A stretch of 64,000 nucleotides of DNA, taken from assembly GCA_000708835.1 (NCBI GenBank), contig DF237395.1, positions 1 to 64,000 of the forward strand. Direction: 5' to 3'. This DNA comes from Klebsormidium nitens. Its lineage: Eukaryota > Plantae > Klebsormidiophyceae. The position numbers and the translations under genes were made by a program. How positions within the stretch are numbered: position 1 is the first letter of the stretch; the number at the start of each line of letters is the position of its first letter. Shown piece after piece: positions 50,271 to 64,000 of the stretch. The notes beneath the pieces were generated by a model. The model did not search any database. It was not told the DNA's origin and saw only the letters and a list, made by a program, of their open reading frames with translations.

Positions 50271-51243
50271 TTCCCAGCGATTCAAATTTGAGTTTTATAC
50301 GCTCCGCGCGCTTATATTATTTCACACGTGTGCGGTTCGGTACCGCTCAGCAATTGTACGGACACCTTCGGACCCCGTCCGAGTGGCTAAAAAGTTGGCC
50401 CATGATCCGCGTTCCCACATATATGGCAATGATCATACTACAAAATTGCGCGCGCGTTGTTTTGGCCGAAGTCCTCGGTCCGGTCGGGTTTCAGGGTTTG
50501 GGTTTACGGGTTTTCAGGGGGTCGCTGCAGATCCGATCTGCCCAGAATCCAGATCTGCCCACCTAGGATTTCGGAGCTAGGGTTTTGATAACCTGCAGGT
50601 GAAAGATCAAAACCCCAACAAAACCCTGGACGTTTCACCCGGCCGCCAGCGCCCCGTGCCAGCGCGCCAAGCTTACAGTGACAACCACGCGGCGCCCAGC
50701 GTCACGCCTCCGCGTGGACTGCACAGTACACGAGACATTCCTTGGACAGCACGAAAGCGGTTTGACTGCACTGCCAACTTTCCAGGACAAGTTTCTTTCC
50801 AATGGCATTGAGCCAGTAAGGTTTCGCGGAAATGATTGCGCCTAGCTCCTTTCCTCCCTGTGTCCTTGATTACTGCCTTAGGCTTCAGACCAGGACAGAT
50901 TCGAAGGATCCTAATACTGCGCCGCCTGGCGCGCGCACTTCAATGCCCATCGAGATGAGACTCTTCGACTCCAAAGTTGAGAAAGCCGGGGCCGATCTTG
51001 AGCCAGCTACCGTACACTGAGCCGACTGCATCCTGTAATGACCTTCTAGATCTGTTTCCTGCTTCATGATGCATTCTCGAAGCTGATCACCTGTCCGACT
51101 ACGAATTATGGTTCGCGCTCGTACGAACCACCAATTTGCAAAGGCTGTGATGTTGCAACAAGGATTAAGTCACACGGTGCAGACGCAATCTGCATTTTGA
51201 CTAAGTTCGCTCTCCTTCGATCTAGCATTGATGTCCTGCCAAA

Positions 51244-51607
51244 TCAGTCAGCCACGTGGGCTCCCATGTGGCAGGCACAAAAGCGCTGACATTGTTCATA
51301 ACTCGACGAACAAAGCGACATGGTGGGCGCACTACGGTCTAATTTCTTGAAGCCTGGCTTCCGAAACTCTTGATCTCGCACTCTGCGCCTGCCAAATGAC
51401 AACCAAGCGTACATACGGGCCCAGGCCAACATGGTATCGCCCATCTCATCCCGTACGTTTCGAAGTTTAATCAGCATATAATCGTCAGTTTGCACCGTGG
51501 GCGCGCGCGGGCCCCAGCCTGAGAACGGTGCCGAACCAGGGCGCATCTCGCTCCACTGGCAGAACAAGTGGAGTCGACGAATTGGATCAACGAAGTCCCA
51601 GCTCTAG
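51244..51607 (-). other. Unidentified coding-like segment (possible exon or pseudogene fragment)
   Basis: Open frame of about 120 codons after a candidate acceptor: WDFVDPIRRLHLFCQWSEMRPG...DDYMLIKLRNVRDEMGDTMLAWARMYAWLSFGRRR. No family recognised. Confidence 0.3.
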
Positions 51608-54600
51608 TAGCCCGGCTTTCGAACGGGAAAAGAAACGTATCATGAGTTGACAAACTAGGTTTCGAAGTGCGAGAAACGATTCATCTTTTCTGCCGTACAT
51701 CATTGAACCGGCGGCAGTACCCGATTCACTTCCGCCACTTCCGGCCTCGCTGAACGAGATGCGAAAGTTCGCCGCTCCATTAGAGTCATACGCCCAGTAT
51801 CAGTCTCACCTGCTTACATCCTGGATAATTCAATGTTTAGTTTCGCTTCAGCAATATGCAACGAGCACGAAACACTGAGAAAAGAGTCTAGCGGGGAAAT
51901 GTTATACACAGGAGTTTTTGGCCCATAAGCATGATGGTTAAGAGCTGGCTATGGGCTGATTTCAAAGTGGTTTAGTGTCCAGTAGCCAGACTTGGGAGTA
52001 ACCAGCCTTGAAACAAGGTTACCGCCCGGTTACCTGTCCAATAACCTGAGACTCGAGTCTGGTAATCAGCACGGTTAGCAGCCAGAATTTTCTTTGTTAT
52101 GCCCTGCGTTCTATCACATCCTTCTCAACTCCCAACGGGACCTAGCTACTCAAGCCACGAGTGAATGTTTTACCTGGACATCCAGCTTATAACGAGTAAC
52201 AATAAGTGCACCAGGCCTTTCGATTGCCTGACCCCAGACCCACAAAATCCGTGTCCGTCAGATGAAAGCGGTTCGGTTCTTACATCCACGGCGATGCAGA
52301 CAACATCTTTGTCCGGCGCGATCCTACAGCTTTGAATCTCACGGGAGGAAAGGGAGCGTTTATATCAATACCACTTATCCGAAGTGACCAAGTTGAAAGA
52401 GTATTAAGTATCAGGCCCAAGAGTTGTTTCTGTGTTTCTCAGAAGCTTTGGTAAGTTGAACTCTGCTTTCAGTCGATTTTCAAGGCCAGATTGAATGATG
52501 AATCTTCGAAAGGAAATTCAGACATCCCAAATCCTCGTAGTCGAGGAAGAACACGTATGAAAGCTCGTGAAGGAAGCCTTTCATTCTGCCGATAAGAAGA
52601 CGAATCTCGGCCCGTTGATTAGTGAACGTATATTTCCAATCTCCATCATGGCAAACGGACAAACGACTCTGAAAATGCATCCCTCGATCCCAAGGGACTT
52701 TGTCCCTGACGGAGCCCTCTTCCGTAGGACGAAACCTGTTCTGGCACTGTGGCGTTAATGCGAAATCAGTATTGCCGAGGCGAGTTCTGGTCCAAATAGA
52801 GACTGAAATGTCGCATTACATCGAGCAAAACCGGGTGGCAATCTGCTTCCGGAATGTGAGCCTCAGTTACACGCCAAGTTCTTCGTGACTTTCTTGTCAG
52901 TTTTTGAATCTCTCGGAGCGATTCACGTTCGAATAAGAGGAGCCTTTCTCAACGTGTCTGATTACTTCGATTAAGATGTATGCCAGCACAGCTCACCAGA
53001 TCAGCTGCAAGTTCGCACGAGTAGGCGAGAAGCAGGCTGCCAAGCATTTGCTAAGCAGAAGGATTTCGTAACCTGAGCTTCACTACGCTGATCGCAGAAT
53101 ATCACTCGATGCCCATGAGCCCATGCTTGCCTCTGCAGGGCTCAACCGGAGCTTCGCACACACAAACAATTGGCTCAGATTGTCGAGCTCCATAATAGTC
53201 GACAAATGAGGACATATCCTCTTCGGACTAGCACATGCGTGATTGTGATGCATAACTTGGTAGTGATAGACAGCTGAAGATTGTCATCCGTGCAAGGTCC
53301 AGCCCTTCCGAGATTCAAAACAATCATCACAAAGGCGCCAAGTCGTTTACCATATTCAGTCACTGAGTCGTCGAGCTGAGCAATCATTTGAACGTTGTGT
53401 TGCTATCTGATTCCAAATGCATGACGATTTCATGTTTAAAAAGTCTAGTCTCGATGCGACCGCGGCACGTCGTGGGCCCCATGAAGATCATCTAGGAGAC
53501 TTAGGCGACCAATCGTATCAGCCCCCATGCAACTGATCGGCCCTAGGGTGGCCGACAGCAGTCCGGCAATTGGTTCATTCGGGGCTACCGTATACATAAG
53601 TTAATAAGGGGCCAATTCAACCGTCATCCAGCTATATAGGCTTGCATGGCCCTCATAAGTATATGATACGACTCCCTTCAAATTCGTGATGCTTGCACAT
53701 GTACTAGCTGACCAACTACGCGCATGCATGGGCGCCGGTACTTAATACAGAGTCCGCACAAATCTGTAACTAACTTAACCAGGCTAATGTGAACATGCTA
53801 GGCGAAGGTCATACCAGGCCATGTACACCAGTGGGCAGCGAGGCAGGCTCACTGACGCCCGCGCATGTTGCATTCATGCCACTGACAAGGCTGCCTGCGC
53901 ATGCAATGATGCAAGCCACCATGCAGATCAGTGACCGTCAGTCTTGCAACATACTGGAACTACGGGTTTTAACTTATAACAAGGTCACTGAGTTACAGCC
54001 TCGGCAACTAACATACAACGAACCCTCCTGCCATACAATAAATTGTGCTGTCAAAGAAGTGACCAACACAACCACCGCCAGAACAGCAGGATAGGAAGCA
54101 TACCAAACAAACCCGGTTGAATGTGCATTTCTCAATAACCACCGCTTTTGATTGATGACATCGACTCTGGTTCGGCTTGGACACGCAAAAAAGGTCCTTG
54201 CCGCGTATCTATAATGCTTGCTCAGGCTCGTGCTTAGCTCAGATCAAAATTAGCCTCTGCACTACGACTGAGCAAACCTAGATGGTTAGTTTATCACTAT
54301 GAGGCGAGTGACTTCGGCTTTATACGCCTTGGGTCCTACTTTGGAGTCTGGACCCTGCTGTTTTTCCATACGTCCTGACTGGCGTACTTTTATTCGTTAC
54401 CTACATACAACTCAATCAAGTCCTGCTCCCACCACCCAAACCATTGACTCTGCCGACTTGTACACATCCGCGGATCTTACAGTACATGGCCGCTATCACA
54501 CCCAGCCTTCACTGACGACATCACAAACGACCCGACCACTTTCTCAGCGACCAATCACCCCATAACCATGTGCAGCTAAGGAAAAAGAAAATGCACGTCA

Positions 54601-54768
54601 CGCATGCTACCCAAACCCGATCCCATTGCCGAAACGGCTCGCATAGCCACCCGAACTGGCAGCCACTGCACTCCCTCAGACCGCATTCACCCGGATTCCA
54701 GTGTCCACCACCGCTCCTCTACGTCCTCACACCCAGGATTATCCCGCCAGCCACAACCAGCGCCTCTC

Positions 54769-60304
<5,536 letters not shown>

Positions 60305-60838
60305 CTTCGCTGATCCTTGTTGGTACCTTGAATAGGTGTAAAACTCAGACTACCTAGTCCCCTATCTATTAGTCTCTGTTGGCAACTGCTCGCTTCGCAG
60401 TGAATAATGACCCTTGCAAGAATTGCTGCACATGCACGACCGTTGCCAGGACAGTCCCTTTCCCAAGACCTCGGCCCCTTAACAAGTTTGTTCCCACAAG
60501 CCCAAGCTGATCCTCCTCGCTGACCCACTACACTGTCAAATCTGCTCAAACTGGAAGCTCCTACTGAGCCCCGCTTACTTCTTAAAGGTCAATCCTAGCT
60601 CCCCTAAGCTGGTAAAGGCTCAAAATTGACCCAGGAGCACCTCGACCGGTTTGTGCTGCCTGGTGGATGCAATTGTCGGATGTTGACTCAGCTGCTGGTT
60701 GCTCACAAGGGACCCCTTCTACAGTCCTGTCTCACGTCCAAGAGCTTGTGAATCACTATTTGTAACACTCTTCCCCCACGGAAGCTCGACCAGGTTATAA
60801 GGCTCTTGCCAACAAAGCTTTGGCTTCTTCAGCACCCT

Positions 60839-61006
60839 TCACTGACGGCTGGTACAGCTTGATGCCAAAAAACAAATAAAATCGGTGCGGTGGAAGGTAA
60901 TTCGTCGTATGAAAGAAGGAGATCTCGAGGCGGAAGATGGTCCAGGGAAGCTAAAAGGGCAATTGTGAAGAAGAAAACAGAAACGTCCCAACTCCTCAGA
61001 TGGCAG
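60839..61006 (-). other. Candidate upstream ORF (CTG start, 55 aa) in the MAK kinase leader
   Basis: LPSEELGRFCFLLHNCPFSFPGPSSASRSPSFIRRITFHRTDFICFLASSCTSRQ*. No in-frame ATG; see the finding for its interpretation. Confidence 0.35.
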
Positions 61007-62221
61007 ACCCGCCCTCTCTGCTCTGTAATATATCCAGCGTTACCGTCCCCTGGAGCGGGCCCAAGCGACAACCCCGTAAGTCCATATCACAAACGTTTCA
61101 GGCCTCTGCCCTCAGGCTGTGCCTCTAATCCGGACCGCCAAACATGGCGACTAGCAGAGGAGCCCTGCAGCCACCGAAGGGGGGACTGGCTGGCGTCCCT
61201 ATGCGACAAGGGGACACATGGCTCAGGGGGATTACTGCTGCCGAGAGAGGGCAGCAGCAAGGGGCTGCAGAGGCAGCACCGCCATGGAGGAGGGTCACCA
61301 TCAACTGGCGTCAGCTAACATGCGCCTTGGCCCGTGCTAAACCTTCATAATGAACACCATGCTCCGATTTCCTGCGGCGTTCCTACTCCATGTGCTTCCT
61401 TCTTCCTCCGCTGAAATGGCTTTCCTTCTCTAGGCTCCCGCGAAAGGTGCAAGCTCTCCTGAAACTTGAAATCTGGACGAAAGGAAGTCTAGACGTTCAG
61501 CAGATATCTGGGGCATAACCCCATGCTTCCCGCACTTCTAGAGGTCCGCTTTCCAGAGGAAAGTTGCTGACCGAAGTCGGAAGTTCGAATGTTTCTCGAA
61601 AGGTAAACCCACCCCTTTCCTGTACCCCGGTAGGACTACCCGGCTGAAAGAAGTTGAATATTCGATATTCCAAGCACGCTCGGACCGTCGATTCTGCAGG
61701 ATGGATGGCTACAAAGTCAATTTCCCTGTTTGGGAAATATCTTGACCGGGAAACAGCGCTCTTATTTTCCCCGGTGCAAGATTCGTCGCGTCACCCCCGC
61801 AATGATTCAGGATATCTAACCGGGCCAGCGCGCGCGAGCGCTTTCACGTGAACTGGCAGTTGCAATTGAGTTGCAAAACCGCGTCTTGTCAAGTGTTGCA
61901 GGCGAGGCTGGCACAGCCGGCCTGCGCACGCCTGGCGTTGGTGCAGCTAGCAGCTACTGTACTGAGCTTGTCCGAATTCAGAGCTCTTCCGCATTCACCA
62001 GTAGGCATTCAATGATTGAGGCGCCAGAGCTAGAAAGGACGTCACATTAAGATTGCTGAACGTGGCTGGCTGGCTGGCGGGCCGGCTGAACAACTATGTA
62101 ACTATTAAAGTTGAAAAAGTGATTGGCAGCCAGTGATGCCTGCTCAGGTCCGCCATGCGAGCCCGCACTTGAGTAGCATTTGGCTTCCTCCGTTCCCCTC
62201 CGAATCATGTCATCATGTCAT

Positions 62222-62274
62222 CATGGCATGGGCATGGCATGGGCATGGCATGGGCATGGCATGGGCATGGCATG
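62222..62274. repeat. Short tandem repeat (CATGGCATGGG)x4.8
   Basis: Read directly from the sequence. Confidence 0.95.
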
Positions 62275-64000
62275 ATGGACTCACGGGGATGGAACATAGT
62301 TCCATCACAGGATTTTGCAGCCTTTGCTCGATTCGAGGTCAGCTTCGAATTCTCAAGTAATGCTCCAGCCCCAGCTCCGGCCAAGAAAATGGGATTCACT
62401 TGCCGGGCGGAGAATGGACTGATATATATGGTCTCCTTCAGTAACGCGATCATGCGACTAAGCGCATGATTGAGACGCCCATGGGGCCCCTGCGCCCGCA
62501 GCCTATGCCTGCACGAAGTGAAGCGGCCTGGTTTTGCATGAGTTAGCGCCATCACTGTCGACATATATTTATAGCTCATGACTAATAGTTCATGACACCT
62601 GCATATACCAAGGACTCCCTAGTGCAACATGTGCAAGTGCTGATCTCTAGCAGCATGTGCTCAGAAGCATTTTGGTCTACTTCATGTATCTCTCAGCCTG
62701 TGAACTCGACGTACTGCCGCCGATTGCAGCGCCGCTGTAGTCGACTTCGGAAACACACCACCTCCAACCTTCGATCTTCCGGGTTCAACCACTGCCACCG
62801 TGCGGCAGGTGCTGACACCTCGATGACTTGAGCCCGTTCACAGTCCTCAGAACGGAAGATTAACTTTCAGGGGACTTTCAGATTCTGATCGGGTGATCCG
62901 TTGAAAGCCACTTGATAAACCGTCTGTGGCATAGCGCTACAAAAGATTCGGGATTCGAAATTTGAGGAGGACAACAAGCCCATGCAGGGTCAGTGCTCCT
63001 TGTCGAGAGCGACTACCCAGTGCGGTTATATATTTGTTCATGTATTGTGAACGGACGGAGCACTTACGGAATCAATTTTCCACTTAAATGTCTTATCGTT
63101 GAGCGGCCAATTCCGGGTTTATGTATGGTGTGCCTTCAAACTTCGTCGCGACGTACTCGTCCGTCAGCACCAAGAACATCGAAACAATAGCTATGGGTAC
63201 GTTGAAACTTACCCATGCAAGCGCCTGCGTGCATCATTCGGAGGCACAATTGGCACACGCCAGCTTCCTTAAAACCAAGGACAAGTTGAGGCTCTTGTCT
63301 TGACGAATTCTAGACAGTCGAAAGCTGGTTTAGGCGGTTTTATCGATGTGGCCAAGAACGAACCACGATTCCTTCCTCGATCTTTGCACCGAGGTACGGG
63401 GAGGATTTTGAGAATCTCGAGCAAGCAGGCTGCCCAGCGCCCTGGGGATCGATGCGGATTTTCAAAAACCTTCGCTTTCCGAGATCAAGTATTCAGATTG
63501 TCTCGCTTTCCCAGATGAAGGTTTCCTCTGAGCAATGCAGGGTCTGGAGACGTGTTCGAGCCGCCCAGTATCTGGCTTTACGAGGAGAGGGGGTTTCAAG
63601 CAGCAAATTGCAGCTTTGCGGGGTCAGGGGAACGGTGGGGCCCTGATTCGACACCAATTCGACTCCGTTCCCTCAATCTCTGCAAGTGAATGGAAAAACG
63701 GTCCGCCGTAAGCAACGCGCAAGTGGGCAGTATTTTGGCAACAGCTGTTCTCTAGTTCTCATACAGTGGTCGAAAGCTTCTTGCCATATTATGAGCCCAC
63801 TGCGTTCGAACCTCCCTACTAGAATTGCTGACATGTGAGTTAGTGTGAGTTAGACACGTTGCTGAGTCAGCGCAAGGCGTTCGACCCGAGCTAGGAAGAT
63901 CAGAAACGAGAATGAGTTGAAGGGCGTTCTAGAGAAGGGGGTCGTTCGATCCCCGTTCGATCCGACTTGGTACACGTGCATGTCCGACTTTCATTCTGCG

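Noticed and set aside
51540-51607. FVDPIRRLHLF resembling a CACTA transposase motif
   Set aside because: The similarity is too short, and no other transposase motifs or CACTA termini were seen.
63870-63970. Repeated GTTCGA (tRNA B-box-like) motifs
   Set aside because: No A-box at suitable spacing and no cloverleaf could be formed; not called as a tRNA or SINE.

Overview
Eukaryotic, intron-rich nuclear DNA of about 50% GC with plant-type genes. It most resembles a streptophyte alga such as Klebsormidium; this is an inference from gene content, GT-AG intron style and TTTTAGGG-type telomeric motifs. I could build eight gene models by hand: a PUX7-like UBX protein (-), ARF1 (+), peroxisomal 2,4-dienoyl-CoA reductase ending in SKL (-), plastid WCRKC thioredoxin (+), a WDR44-like WD40 protein with an N-terminal FFAT-like motif (-), an RFC3-like plastid bS6-family protein (+), an intronless F-box/LRR/Sel1 protein (-), and a MAK-type TDY kinase (-). 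The first six form three consecutive head-to-head pairs. The most striking unexplained structure is a set of intronic 'splice-junction echo' arrays in three unrelated genes. These are tandem, partly degenerate copies of exon boundaries. Acceptor plus exon-start copies always lie upstream of the real exon, donor plus exon-end copies always lie downstream, and many keep intact AG or GTGAG signals. Other items of note are a TA-flanked MITE, head-to-head interstitial telomeric repeats, a candidate non-AUG uORF upstream of the MAK kinase, and an antisense zinc-ribbon ORF inside an RFC3 intron. No rRNA, tRNA or CRISPR array was found. All exon coordinates were read by eye and may be off by a few bases.
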